A stretch of DNA of 64,000 nt from Octopus vulgaris (taxonomy: Eukaryota), in contig OX597816.1 in NCBI GenBank assembly GCA_951406725.2, forward strand, positions 163,060,001 through 163,124,000, in the 5' to 3' direction. A program made the position numbers and the translations under genes. The notes under the pieces are model-generated. The model worked only from the letters and a program-made list of their open reading frames with translations. It searched no databases and was not told where the DNA came from. Within the stretch, counting starts at the first letter, position 1, and the number at the start of each line of letters is the position of its first letter. Below, one piece after another: positions 28,129-42,937 of the stretch.

Positions 28129-28159
28129 TATTATTATCATTATTCTCATCATTATTATT

Positions 28160-28850
28160 ATTGCATTATTTCTCAGAATGTTCGGTCTTGCTCGTTCTGG
28201 TAGATTCTGAGATTACAGATAGCAACCTGCTGTCAGATGTCTCACAGTGTCTCTTTCTGCACATTACAAGCTTTGATCCTTGGTTGTTAACTATCGTGGA
28301 AGACATTCAACATCGAAGTACGAATCTCAAAATCCTAATTCACCCCAGCAGAGCAGTTTTGGGGGCTTGTTCTCTCGAACTTGATTGTTACAGCTCCGAA
28401 TTCCCCTGCAACTTCTGGAATGACAGACACTCTCCTTATAGTCCACATTCTTGTCATTTCGTCTTTTAGTAATCATTACTTTTCAATCTTTTCTAATTCT
28501 TTGTCAGTTATGTGTGCATCTCCAGGTTTTGCAATATCTATAATCTTGGTTTCCTTTTTTTCCTTTACCACAACAATACCTGGTCTCCGAGCCTTGATTA
28601 GGGAGTCACATTGGATTGTAAAATCTTACAGTATCTTATGTTCCTTGCTCTCGGTGACACCTTCTGATTCATGGTCGTACCATTTACGTGCTCTGTTCAG
28701 GCCGTGCTTTTCACATAGCCTCCAGTGGACGAACTTAGCCACATTATCGTGCCTCCTTTTGTAGTGCTTTTGGGGCCCAGCTCACTCTCACAACATGTGA
28801 GATTGTTGTGAGATTGTTTCATTTTTGCTGCCACACATCCTACAAAGGGA
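28160..28850 (-). mobile_element. Dong/R4 3' fragment (RLE domain) in tandem with the preceding element
   Basis: Minus strand reads HDNVAKFVHWRLCEKHGLNRARKWYDHESEGVTE...IKARRPGIVV. Ends at a TAA-like spacer. Confidence 0.82.
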
Positions 28851-29130
28851 TGCAGAGCCTATTTCTGGGCACTGGATATCGATACCTCAGTGAAATCATC
28901 ATTATTATATTTATACATCAAACAAACCAGATAAATCCTATAATGGAAAAGGAAATGCTTCAGACCAGTTCAAACCAGTTATTACGCTCGTCTGTTTAGG
29001 CGATGAAGTTTTTGAAAGAATGATCAAAGCGTTTCTATTGCCCACCAAAGATCTACTAGGTGCGTTTCCATTCTTTTATTCCCGTTTCCCTGAGTGGGAT
29101 TATAGACACATTTGACTGTATAAATGACCG

Positions 29131-29420
29131 GTTATCATACAACCGGCTGGAACAGAGGGGGCCTTCACCGAGGTCTACTATGTTGTATGTATTCAGGTTA
29201 GAACTTATCATACTACCGGCTGGAAGAGGGGGGCCTTCACCGAAGTCTACCATGCTACATGTGTTCAGGTTAGGACTTATCATACAACCAGCTATAACAG
29301 GAGAAATTTACCGAAGCTTACCCTGTTACGTGTATTCCGGTTAGGACTTATCAGACAACCAGCTGGAACAGGGGCCTTTACCACAGTCTACCCTGCTACA
29401 TATATTCGGGTTAGGGCTTC
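29131..29420. repeat. Minisatellite, about 72-bp unit x4
   Basis: Unit ttatcatacaaccggctggaacag...ggccttcaccga.gtctac...tattcaggttag(g/a)ac starts near 29131, 29205, 29277 and 29348. Confidence 0.9.
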
Positions 29421-29864
29421 GGTGTGAAAATGTTTTCCTACACTAATGTAGATATTGATCTTCTTTCTTGACTGATACAGAAAAACAATGACGGCAACAT
29501 CACCAAAAGCAAAAAACAGCGAGAAACCATTTGATGTTCTATATCACAATCGCGATAACTGGATGAAACACTGCCAGAAGTTTTGGAAAACAGCCTGTTG
29601 AACTTGAACTGGGGCCAAAGTAAATTCTCTATCAGGGATTTAATCTCTGCTTCATAATAAATAATTGTCCAACTATATGAACATCATGGACACTATATGA
29701 CCACACATTTTCCCGATAGTGTGTCTGTAAGTATGTATATATATATATACATACATACATACATACATACATACATACATACATACACAGATGCTTACAT
29801 ACATATATATATAATATTGTTTTTATAAGCTATATATAATATATAGGTTTGCTCTCTCATTCAT

Positions 29865-29920
<56 letters not shown>

Positions 29921-30044
29921 GAATATATATCTGTATATATAAGTATCTGCATAAATATATGCATGTATGTATGTATATATAAGTACATATGTGCATATAT
30001 GCATGCTGTGTATATATATGTATATAAATGTATGCATATAGATT

Positions 30045-30155
<111 letters not shown>

Positions 30156-30637
30156 CATTTTTATATATAAACACACATAAAGAGGCTAAAATGGTTGGAA
30201 GATAGTTAATAGGATTTCACCTCAACCACACCCTTAAAACATATAATCTTTGAAACAAAACAACCGAACGAAGACAAAAAAAGACAAAGACAGATACACC
30301 CTTAAAAAAATATAACAAAACAATGCAAAAACATAACATAGCATCTCATTGAAATAGCTTCATGCTTGGCCAGTCTTAGCATACCTAATTCGCTTGGGGA
30401 ATATACAACGAGGCTGACAATGCTGGAGATAATCACTGGCTTGATAGCTCACTTGCTTCGTACACGTATGATGTATCTATTTCACCGGCAAGGACAGATA
30501 TCCTGATATATTTCAATGTCAACGAAACATAACATTTATTTTCACGGTTGACTACTGGCTATGATCGCATTCAAACACTGTTGTCTTTTGCTTATGTTTT
30601 CGTTCGTCCAAAAGATATCTACGAGTATATATTACGA

Positions 30638-30754
<117 letters not shown>

Positions 30755-30927
30755 ATATATATATATATATATATATACATATATATATACACACGCATAT
30801 ATATATATATATACGCATATATATATGCATATATATATACATATACATATATATGTATACGTGTACATATATATATTCACATATATATAAGTATATATGT
30901 GTATGTATATATATATATGCATGTATG

Positions 30928-30971
<44 letters not shown>

Positions 30972-31374
30972 AATATATACTGATATATGTGTCTGTGTAT
31001 GTGTGTGTATATAAATTTATATATATATACACATATATATATGCTTGTATCTATCTAGCTATCTACAACACACATATATATATATATACGTATATTATAT
31101 GTATGTATATATACTATGCATGTAACTATCCGCCTATCTTTCTACCTATCTACCTTTCTATCTATCGATTTATCAACCTGTTTGTCTGTCTGTCTGTTTA
31201 TCTTTATCTCTTTCCCCTCTTAACTCTCTCTCTATATATGTATGCATGTATGTATTTATGTATGTATGTATGTATGTATGTATGTATGTATGTGTGCTCT
31301 CTCTCTTGTACAAACACACACAAACACATACCCACTTATACACACACACACACACACACAATGAAGGCTTATGT

Positions 31375-31449
<75 letters not shown>

Positions 31450-31697
31450 GTGTATGTAGTGTACGTAAATATGATTCTGCCAGTTATTCAAGTGCAAGTA
31501 GAAGCGGTCACATCTTTCATGTAGCATATCAGAAATCAAGTACCCTCTCCCCACTCTCACATTTCTCATCCCCTCATCCGTCTATCTCTCTCTATCTCTC
31601 TCGTCCCTAAATACATATCTTATATATACACTAATTGTCTTATATATATATGTGTGTGTGTATGTGTGCGTATATATATAAATATATAATATATACA

Positions 31698-31735
<38 letters not shown>

Positions 31736-31761
31736 AATATATGTATATATATATGTGTATG

Positions 31762-31792
<31 letters not shown>

Positions 31793-31936
31793 ATAACACT
31801 TGGGTATGAGTGCTTGCGTGTTGTATATAGTGGTATTGCGGTTGGGAAAACGAAGAAAGTGAAGGAGTGTTTAGCATTAGATATGGGACTTGGGCTAATC
31901 TTCATATCTACTAGATAATATTTATTTTATCGAAGG

Positions 31937-32096
<160 letters not shown>

Positions 32097-32412
32097 CACG
32101 TGTATGTGCATGTGTGTATTTGTATAGGTTATTGCCGCGCAGGCTTGAGGCTTTGGCCTAAACATGTTTACAAGTGTATATGTATGTTTAGGCGTACGCT
32201 TACAAGTTTTTATTCTTTTGCATTCTGCGGCCTTGTATGCCTTTTGTATTCTCATCTACATTCATCTTTAGCTTATTACTGCAAAGTAAGCCTCATTATC
32301 TTCGCTGCTGTTTTCACAATCTTTCTGTAAACAGTCTCCCTCTCTCTCTCTCTCTCTCTCTCTTGTACAAACACACACAAACACATACCCACACAGACTC
32401 ACTCATTCACAC

Positions 32413-32473
<61 letters not shown>

Positions 32474-32790
32474 GAAGGCTTATATGTATATTGTTAGATC
32501 AGTCACACCTCTCGTTCTGAATGTCCCTGCCCAGTTTGATTTGAATATAATTTATAGCGGTGATGATTTTTTTCCCTTGGTAATATGAATATTTCCAAAA
32601 TTAATTAATACCATATGCATATTATTAGCGATGATGAAACCCTTTAGTTTCATAAAAGTGATTTTGATACCGTTATCCCATAAACTCTTTATATTACTTG
32701 TACCACATATATATATATATGTATGTATGTATATGTCTAAAAAATACATACATCTGTGTGTGTGCATGTCTTAATATCGGTATTTTTTCT

Positions 32791-33185
32791 CTAGTTTCAG
32801 CTCTTAGCTGTCGCCATGCTGGGGTACCGCCGTTTTGCTATACTGTTATTACTGAGGGCCTCCTCTAATATGCGCCATTTGGTGAAGAATGGAATTGGAG
32901 GTCCAGTTTTTATTTAAAAACACCTACATCCAGTTTGTGTAGATCCCTCAGGCTCTTTCGGAGAATATTAAAAAGCTGTGGGCCTCTGAAATCCAGGCTG
33001 TAGCAGTAATTGGTCCTGAAGCGCGATGGTATTGTTTGGATCTTTGACACTGAGCAGTGTCTACTCGTTCTGGAACTGGTGTAGCTTCCAATGCCAAAAT
33101 TTGGCTCAATTCCTTTCAGGATCTTCCAGATGTATATAACTGCATACCTCTCTTGCCTTCGCTCCTGGGAGTAAAGCCTTAGATA
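32791..33185 (-). mobile_element. CR1-like LINE 3' end fragment
   Basis: ORF 32910-33206 reads LRLYSQERRQERYAVIYIWKIL...FRGPQLFNIL, with the same 3' tail as 37063-37103. Confidence 0.85.
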
Positions 33186-33529
33186 TGCTATTTCATCCAG
33201 CCCCAAAAGCTTAAGTTGGCCTCGATGGAGTAGAAACTAAAAATATTAAAACCAGTACAAATCTTCCCATCAAAAATGTCTGATGCGCTGTTGATTCTGG
33301 CAACTTGTTACCATTCTATGTATATACGGTCATGTATATGTATGCAAGCAAGAATGCATACATTTATGTATGTATGTAGGTATCTACGTATATGTGCATC
33401 AAGATATATATGTATATGTACCCACATACGTATTTTTCTTGGTCTTTCTAACTTCTCTGAACCCTTCCTTTCTTCCCTTTCTGACGAACATCCAAGCTCG
33501 AAGCTTTATTTGTTAATTTTAATTTTCGA

Positions 33530-33663
33530 TTTTCGGGTTCAGTCCCACTGCGTAGCAACTTGGACAAGTGTCTTCTATTATAGCCTCGGGCCGACCAAAG
33601 CCTTGTGAGTGGATTTGGTAGACGGAAACTGAAGGAAGCTCGTCGTATATATGTATATATATA

Positions 33664-33732
<69 letters not shown>

Positions 33733-33962
33733 TATATATATGTGTGTGTGTGTGTTGTGTGTCAGTGTTTATCCCCCTCCTCAACATCGCTTGACGACCG
33801 ATGCTGGTGTGTTTACGTCCCCGTAACCTAGCGGATCGGCAAAAGAGACCGATAGAATAAATACTAGGCTTACAAAGATAAGCCCTGGGGGTGATTTCCT
33901 CGACTAAAGGCGGTGCTCCAGCATGGCCGCAGTCAAGTGACTGAACCAAGTAAAAGAGTAAA
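33530..33962 (+). mobile_element. SINE family A, near full length, with expanded internal (TA)n
   Basis: B box gggttcagtccc, CORE-like block and tail ggcggtgctccagcatggccgcagtc. Confidence 0.85.
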
Positions 33963-33965
33963 ACA

Positions 33966-34130
<165 letters not shown>

Positions 34131-34413
34131 TAAAAAAACGATAAATATAAGACAGGAATAAGGAAAACAACTAGATTTTGAACTCTGCATTAGGATTTTG
34201 GAAGCAGCCATCTCTATCGAAAAGTATATATTTATCAAAACATACAAAATATACACAAATTATTTTAATGCAGAAAACATGACACACTACGTATAAGTAA
34301 ACAAACCTGGCTTAACATCGACTTAGACAAATAAATAACTACATATGAACTAAAATGTTACTGACATATCTACATGCAGAAAAACAGACATACACGCATA
34401 TCTGTATAGTACA

Positions 34414-34489
<76 letters not shown>

Positions 34490-34724
34490 ATGTATGTATG
34501 CATATATCTATATGTATGTATGTATGTAAAGGAGTTGTTTTTGTCGAATATACCTTAGTTTCACTTTAACTATCAATTACTAGAATTCACCGACCCACCC
34601 TCCATCCAGTTCCTGAGAAACGAATCATTTTGATTTTACTTTCAACTACAACTTTTCCAATTATTAAAAGCATAAAAATTAAAAGAACAGAATCTGAAGT
34701 AATAATGATAATAATAATAATAAC

Positions 34725-34806
<82 letters not shown>

Positions 34807-35046
34807 TTAATAAAAATAACAACAACAACAACAATAATGATAATAATGGTGATAAAAATATTAATGACAATAACGAAAGAAAATTGTGGCAACTGCTTCA
34901 GGAAAGATGCACTTAGGGTTTTCTAGTTTAGGGCGAAAATAAAACAAGAAAAGGAGGTTGAAGTTTTTTACGATGTGAGTATTTGTGTATAAATGACTAT
35001 ACATACATACATACATACATACATACATACATACATACATACATAA

Positions 35047-35096
<50 letters not shown>

Positions 35097-35163
35097 TCAT
35101 ATATATAAATATATGGTGTGTATGTACATATGCATATATTTGAGTGTATGTATATATGTATCA

Positions 35164-35290
<127 letters not shown>

Positions 35291-35412
35291 AACTTTGCAA
35301 GTAAATAATTATAGAAGTAATAGTAAAAAAGAAGAAAACAAGGAAGTAGAATAAATAAGTATATTATGTATTATTTCTTTTTAAATGCAAGAAATGTTTT
35401 CGAACATTATTT

Positions 35413-35565
<153 letters not shown>

Positions 35566-35680
35566 TGTAGGTATTACATTTTAATTTGTAATCTACGCAA
35601 GATATATGTTTCAAGGAACAATGATATATAATCATCAACATTATCACCACCACGACCACAATCATCATTATTTTCCTCAT

Positions 35681-35730
<50 letters not shown>

Positions 35731-36349
35731 ACAACATCAGAAAGTTTGGTTTTAGTATTTATCTACTTAAAGGTAAATTGCTTTCGGCGTATCATCGATA
35801 ATATTATTTTATAAATCGCCTCAAAAGTTACATGAATAACAAACGCACACACACATACACATACATGCATACACGTGCGCACACGATTGGAGAACACGCA
35901 GGCATACACACACATTCATACACACATGAATTCAGTACGTGACTGAGAGTATGTAAAGCGCTTGTATACATGTGCAGGTATTTCGCTGTTGGTGTCTTTA
36001 ATATTTAGTTTCAAGTGGGTACGAATCCTACTGCATCAACACTACACCTTACCTTTCTCATTGCCTTCATAAGTAGGGAAATATATTTGTTAATAAATAT
36101 ATATGTTAATAATTATATATATATAATTATATATATATTTATATAATTATATATGTATGTGTGTGAGTGTGTGTGTGTGTGTGTGTGCATGTATATATCG
36201 TGACACAGAGTGTGACAAGGCTGGCCCTTTGAAATAGAGGTACAACAGAAACAAGAAGAAAGAGTGAGAGAAATTTGTGGTGAAAGAGTACAGAAGGGTT
36301 CGCCACCAAACCCTGTCGAAACCTCGTGGATCCTTAGGTGGGGTTTTCG

Positions 36350-37103
36350 CTCAAGGGACCTGGGTATCGACATGAGTGATGATACCTCTTTCCAAGTGCA
36401 CATTACCAGGATGGCGACAAAGTGTAGACGACTGGCTGGGTGGATCCTAAGAACATTCAGAACCAGAGATAAGGAAACCATGATGGTCCTCTGGCGGACG
36501 TTCGTCCTTAGCCGCCTGGATTACTGCTCGCAGCTATGGTCACCCACCAGTGTAAAATTAACAGCGGACCTTGAAGCAATCCAGAGAAGATTCACAAAGA
36601 TTGTCTCTTTAGAACAACTCAGCTACTGGGAAAGGTTGAAACAGCTAAGACTCTACTCCCTAGAGAGAAGACGGGAGAGGTATGCAGTAATATATGTCTG
36701 GAAGATCCTGGAAGGAATTGTGCCAAATTTTGGCATTATAATGTACACCAATGCTAGAACGGGACGACACTGCATAGTGCCAAAGATACCAGCAATGCCA
36801 TCACGCTTCAGGACCAGCTTCTGCAACAGCCTGGGTTTCAAGGACCCACAGCTTTTTAATATTCTCCCAAAGAGTCTGAGGAACTTGCACAAAGAAGATG
36901 TAGCGGTTTTTAAATCAAAGCTGGACATCTTCCTGTCGAGAGTCCCAGATGAACTTACCTCACGGCAAGAGGTGCAAATGAGAGTAGCTATGTCAAACTC
37001 CATTCTTCACCAAGTGCCACATATTAGAGGAGGTTCTTCGTAATAACAGTGTTGCACAAAACGGCGGTGCATCAGCATGGCCGCAGCTCTGAGCTGAAAC
37101 AAG
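36350..37103 (+). mobile_element. CR1-like LINE, 5'-truncated, with RT C-terminus ORF intact to its stop plus 3' UTR
   Basis: ORF 36264-37043 reads RDLGI..S.D.SF..HI, SRLDYCSQLWSP, LEAIQRRFTK and SYWERLKQLRLYSLERRRER, typical of the CR1-group ORF2 end. Confidence 0.92.
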
Positions 37104-37153
<50 letters not shown>

Positions 37154-37154
37154 A

Positions 37155-37187
<33 letters not shown>

Positions 37188-37189
37188 AT

Positions 37190-37375
37190 TGATTAGCCAT
37201 GGTAGATCGTTAGCCACTATGCATTCTTTATTTTCTCTCCTTGTTTCTTTCTGTGGCAGAGCGTACGCTCGAAACGTTAAAAACTTTTTCACTTCCCGAG
37301 TGTTATACTAATACATCTGTTTGTTGTCTACACCACCAGTCTTCGTCTTTTGTTTTTTTTTCTGAATTCTCCCCC
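37190..37375 (+). mobile_element. Decayed 'GAGC-GTAG-GCTC' hammerhead element
   Basis: tttctgtggcagagcgtacgctcgaaacgttaaaa plus downstream homology to 3157-3292 and 7340-7560. Confidence 0.6.
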
Positions 37376-38490
37376 CACACACACACACACACATACACAC
37401 ACTCACACATATATATACAATGAAAAGTGTGAAGGACTGATTCTTAGGATATTTGCTACATTCTCCGTGCGTGTTTACATATGAGATGCGTGGCTTTTTC
37501 TGGCAAGTAGGTGCATATTGTATGCTGACTTTTAGTAATTACCTCGGCGCAGATGTGGCTATGTGGTAAGAAGCTTACTTCCCAACATCATGGTTTGGGT
37601 TCAGTCTCAGTGGATGGCACTTTGAGCAAGTGTCTTCTACTATAGCCACGGGCAAATCAAAGCTTTGTGAATGGATTTTGTAGACGGAAAATGAACCTAC
37701 GAGTTCATAACGTCCCTCGCGAATACTGACCACATCTCTCGACCGGCCCTAACTTTTTCAGGAAGGAAAAATAATAATGCTGCTTACGGCCAAAAGTTCA
37801 GGTTGCAAATTTGACAAATGCCCCACAGAGGGAGCAAGCGCATCAGTACTCGTAATCGTAGTCGTCATTCGGTAGGGTTACAAGTACATATGTGGTCCGG
37901 AACACATTCATACACACTTCGGGATAGTGTAATCCGTAGGAACTCATCTTGCTGTCGACCGTCGAAGAAGATTCGCTGACTAGATCCCCGCCGATTATCG
38001 CAGCTCACGTAGCCTGGGTTTGAAACAGGTGGTACACATGCTAATTAAATCAAAGCTGGGGCCCTAACTGGTGCCACTATTCCGAGTCCTCGTTGACCAA
38101 AGAACAATAATGACTATCAGGTGTCATCACTCCTTAAAACCCTGGGTCTCCTGTACCAAGACCCCACTGGTGGATGCGGTCTAAAGCCTCATCCGGGACT
38201 ATATATACATGTGTGTAAATTTTACAAAGGGAAGGTTAGCTGGGACTTCGAAGTTTCGATTTACCAACCGTCGTTTAACATTCTGATGCAGGGTAACTGG
38301 AAAACTGAAATTTCGAAGTCACTGGCAACTCTCTCCTTTCGGAAATTTAAACGTACCCTACAAAAATGCATTGAGTTTCGCTCTTGACATTCTGAGTTCA
38401 AATCCCGCCGAGGTGAAACTTGTCATTCATCCCTTCGGGTTCGATATGATGAAGTACAAGTATAATACGGGTGTCGATTTAATTGACTAC

Positions 38491-38591
38491 AAATGCCAGA
38501 CTTTGTACTTAAATTAGAAGGAACTTTAATCGTACTCAACCGCCAAATGCCAGACTTTGTACTTAAATTAGAAGGAACTTTAATCGTACTC
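38491..38591. repeat. About 54-bp tandem duplication at a decayed SINE B tail
   Basis: aaatgccagactttgtacttaaattagaaggaactttaatcgtactc occurs twice exactly. Confidence 0.9.
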
Positions 38592-38599
38592 GTCCACCA

Positions 38600-39072
38600 C
38601 CACCTTCACCTCCTTCTCCTCACCACCTCTTCGCCATTTCTTCTCCTCCTCCTCCTCCTCCTCCTCCTCCTCCTCCTCTCACTATTGTCATTATTGTCAG
38701 CGTCCACGTCCTCCTCCTTCTCTTCATCATCATCATCATCATCTTCATCACCTTCATCATCATCATTATCATCATTATTGTCAGCGTCTTCCCACCCTCC
38801 TCCTTCACCTCCTCCTCATCTTCATTATTGTCAGCTTCTCCTTCCTCTTCTTCCTCCTCTTCCTCATCATCATTACTGTCGGCGGACCTTGTCCTCCGCC
38901 TCCTCGGTCTCCGTCTCCTCGTCCTCCTTCTCGTCCTGCCTCTCCTCATCATCATCATCATCATCACCAACATTATCATCATTGTTGTTGTCATAATCCT
39001 CGTCTGCACCATTGTAAGAACAGTCAACATTTACCACCGTGATCATCATCATCATCATCATCATCATCATCG

Positions 39073-39116
<44 letters not shown>

Positions 39117-39264
39117 GTCATCGTCGTCGTCGTCATCAACATCATCATCATCATCATCATCATCATCGTCGTCGTCGTCGTCGTCGTCGTCGTCATCAAC
39201 ATCATCATCATCAACATCATCATCATCATCATCCTCATCCTCATCATCATCATCATCATCATCG

Positions 39265-39325
<61 letters not shown>

Positions 39326-39400
39326 AATCGTCGTCATCGTCGCCGTCGTCATCGTTGATGTCGTCGTCGTCGTTGTCGTCGTTCATCATCTTCCTCTTGT
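38600..39400. repeat. (CCT)n/(CAT)n/(CGT)n low-complexity tract
   Basis: Direct reading. Confidence 0.9.
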
Positions 39401-39814
39401 AGATGTCGTTATTTGCTTGCAATAAACTGAATGATGTATGTAAAGGTGATGGAGGGCAATGTTTCATAAATGCGTTTTTTTTCAGACTTATTTTCCAAAA
39501 CAACACATTTATAAACACACGCACGTGCGAGCTCTCAGACATACAGAAGCGGGCTAATAACAAGCATTTTATATGTACATACATGTATGTATGTATGTAT
39601 GTATGTATGTATGTATGTATGTATGTATGTATGTATGTATGTATGTATGTATGTATATATATGTGTGTGAGTGTATACATATATTTATACGCCCATACAC
39701 ATGCATGTACACGTATACATACACGCACGATCAAATATATATATATATACTTATTTATACATAAGTATATATATATATACTTATTTATACATAAATATAT
39801 ACATATATATACAC

Positions 39815-39845
<31 letters not shown>

Positions 39846-39910
39846 CATATATATACGCACATATATATATGCATATATATATGTATATATATATGTATAT
39901 ATTATATATG

Positions 39911-40061
<151 letters not shown>

Positions 40062-40609
40062 TTGGGCACAGATAGGCAGAAATACACTCACACATATAAT
40101 AGAGAAAGCGTCAAAGGAAAACATTTGAACTTATAAAAATGGAAAGTCTTTTCTCAGAGGATTCAAGATTTAACTCCATGTAGATGATCAATAAGGTATC
40201 GGACACCTGATCAGTTATAATTAAATACTGTGTGCACGGAGTTACGTATGTAAACACATGTGGTTTACAGTTTAGCGTAGAGAGCTAGAAAACATACAAA
40301 CATTCGAACACCATATACACACAAACATATATCTAAGCATACATACATATATACATACATAGATACATACATACATGCATGCATACATACATACATACGT
40401 ACATACATACATACATACATACATACATACATACATACATACATACATACATAAATACATACATACATACATACATACATACATACATACATACATACAT
40501 ACATACATACATACATACATACATACATACATACATACATACATACATACATAAATATATGCACACATACTTACATAAGTACGTACATGCATGCATACTC
40601 TGAAATAAA

Positions 40610-41010
40610 CTTAGAAAATTCTTCTGTTATGGAATACATTCATAAACACCAACTCTTGGAATACTGATATAATATTCCCATCAAAACAACTAGCAAATGT
40701 AAACATAATAGGCCGGATATTACTGTTTGGGACAGAGGGGCAAAGGTATGTACCATCATAGAAGTCAGCTGCCCTGCAGGTTTAAGTATCTCTTTGAAAA
40801 TCAAAGAAAAGAAGGATATCTATGGCAACTGCTTCGAAATCTCCAGCTTCTATATCCAGACTATGAATTCATATTCATACCAATAATAATTGGAGCATTA
40901 GGTTTTTTTAGTAAATACTTAAAGGAGAATCTGGATAAACTGGGATTTTCAGAAAGAGAAATCAGCCGGTTAATTCGTATATTACAAGTGCAATCTGCGA
41001 GTGGAACATA
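40610..41010 (+). mobile_element. RLE-type (R4/Dong-like) retrotransposon endonuclease remnant of a different family
   Basis: Reads IPIKTTSKCKHNRPDITVWDR...IIEVSCP and, after a frameshift, LLRNLQLLYPDYEFIFIPIIIGALG. Confidence 0.75.
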
Positions 41011-41974
41011 TGTAAGCACAGTTGACCTTCTTCGGCCTCAGCGGAAAATGTACAATGGTGGGCAACTTTTTATCCTCTCAGAAAAAATATTTTTGTTTCC
41101 TTTGTTCAACATCAAGCTACATAAGACACTAAACATACGTATGTGTTGGTATAATTTTTACACCCGCTTTTTCACACACATAGTCATATAGGCAGATTGC
41201 AATGCAGGGTTCCAGCACGACATGCGATATCGCTTTAGCCAATCTTCAAATACATCCGTAAGTTAAGTTTCCACATTAAATGCGCAGTATCTTTCTAAAC
41301 CACCATAAACGGGTGGAGTCAGTTTAATATCAATAACTGCATGAGTTGTTTTAGAAGTTCGGGGTTGTTTATGCTTATCTTGTGTACAATTAACCTAAAT
41401 GTTTATAGGCTTTTAAGTGTGAGTTCGCAGTTGTGTGTATGCGCGTGCATTCGTGTGTGAATAAGTGACTGTTTGTGCAAGTATGTGCGTGTATGTGATT
41501 ATATGACGTCTAAAAGTGTTTGTTTACAACTAGCTTTATCACGTCCAATACTATCTTTTAAATCTATAGAGGTGGGCCTCTTAAGATTGTCTTTCACTTA
41601 ATCAATGAGTAGAGTGATATTCCTTTCTTTATATTATATCAACGTCATCTGTACAAATCTTCCAGGATGTTTATTCTTCTGAAATGTAATTACATACATA
41701 TATAGATATAGATACGTCAACAAACACACAAACACACACATGCACATGCATGTATACGTGTACATTTGTGAATGTGCGTGCGTATGTGTGCAGACATGTG
41801 TATGTGGTGTATGTGTATCCGGTGGGGGCAGAGTATTGGCTTTTCCGTAACCAAAAATAATGACGAAATTAAGACTGTATCTCATGAAAAAAAACACCAC
41901 TATCGATAAGATCATTTGCATACGTAAAATATGCAAAATGTGACCTCGTGTGTACTGTTGGCGATTTTTTTACC

Positions 41975-42305
41975 AACCACATGGTTTACAAACCTCATGG
42001 TTCCGGGTTCAGTCCCACTGCGTGGCACCTTGGGCAAGTGTCTTCTACTATAGCCTCAGGCCGACGAAAAGCCCGTATATATATATATGCGTGTGTGTGT
42101 TTGTGTCTGTGTTTGTCCTCCTAGCATAGCTTGGCAACCGATGCTGGTGTGTTTATGTCCCCGTTACTTAGCGGTTCGGCAAAAGAGACCGATAGAATAA
42201 GTACTGGGCTTACAAAAGAATAAGTCCCGAGGTCGAGTTGCTCGATTAAAGGCGGTGCTCCAGCATGGCCGCAGTCAAATGACTGAAACAAGTAAAAGAA
42301 TAAAA
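41975..42305 (+). mobile_element. SINE family A
   Basis: ggttccgggttcagtcccactgcgtggcaccttgggcaagtgtc through the tail at 42251-42300. Confidence 0.88.
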
Positions 42306-42576
42306 GAATAAAGAATAGAGGCACACAAAAACATATCCGTATATATGTGTGTATGTATGTATGTATGTATGTATGTATGTATGTATGTGTGTATGTATGT
42401 ATGTATGTATGTATGTATGTATGTATGTATGTATGTATGTATGTATAGATGGATGGATGGATGGATGGATGATTACATACACAGAAAACAAAAGAATGAA
42501 AAGTCATGGTAGAGTACAAGACAGTATATAACTAGTAACAGGTTAATAGCTTCGACGAATTATGTAAATATTAATA

Positions 42577-42795
42577 TGGCGGTGTACTGGCAGAAACGTT
42601 TGCAAGCCGGGTGAAATGCTTAGCTGTATTTCGTCTGTCTTTACGTTCCGAGTTCAAATTCCGCCGAGGTCGACTTTGCCTTTCATCCTTTCGGGGTTGA
42701 TAAATGAAGTGCTAGTTGCGTACTAGGGTTGATCTAATCGACTGGCCCCCTTCCCGTCAAATTTCGGGCCTTGTGCCAAGAGAAGAAAAGAATTA
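42577..42795 (+). mobile_element. SINE family B (B2 tail)
   Basis: Head tggcagaaacg, B box gagttcaaattcc and tail aatttcgggccttgtgcc. Confidence 0.85.
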
Positions 42796-42822
42796 TGTAA
42801 ATATATATATACATACACCCCT

Positions 42823-42869
<47 letters not shown>

Positions 42870-42937
42870 GGAGTAAACACATAAATGTGAAACAAGGTGG
42901 AAAAAGAGTACTCAAATAGCAGTGGTAGAGTAATATG

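Noticed and set aside
29131-29420. CRISPR-like array
   Set aside because: Whole units are homologous with no unique spacers, the context is eukaryotic and there are no cas genes.
36264-36349. N-terminal part of the 259-aa ORF as part of the RT
   Set aside because: This stretch is an antisense SINE-C-like fragment that happens to be in frame. LINE homology starts at about 36350.
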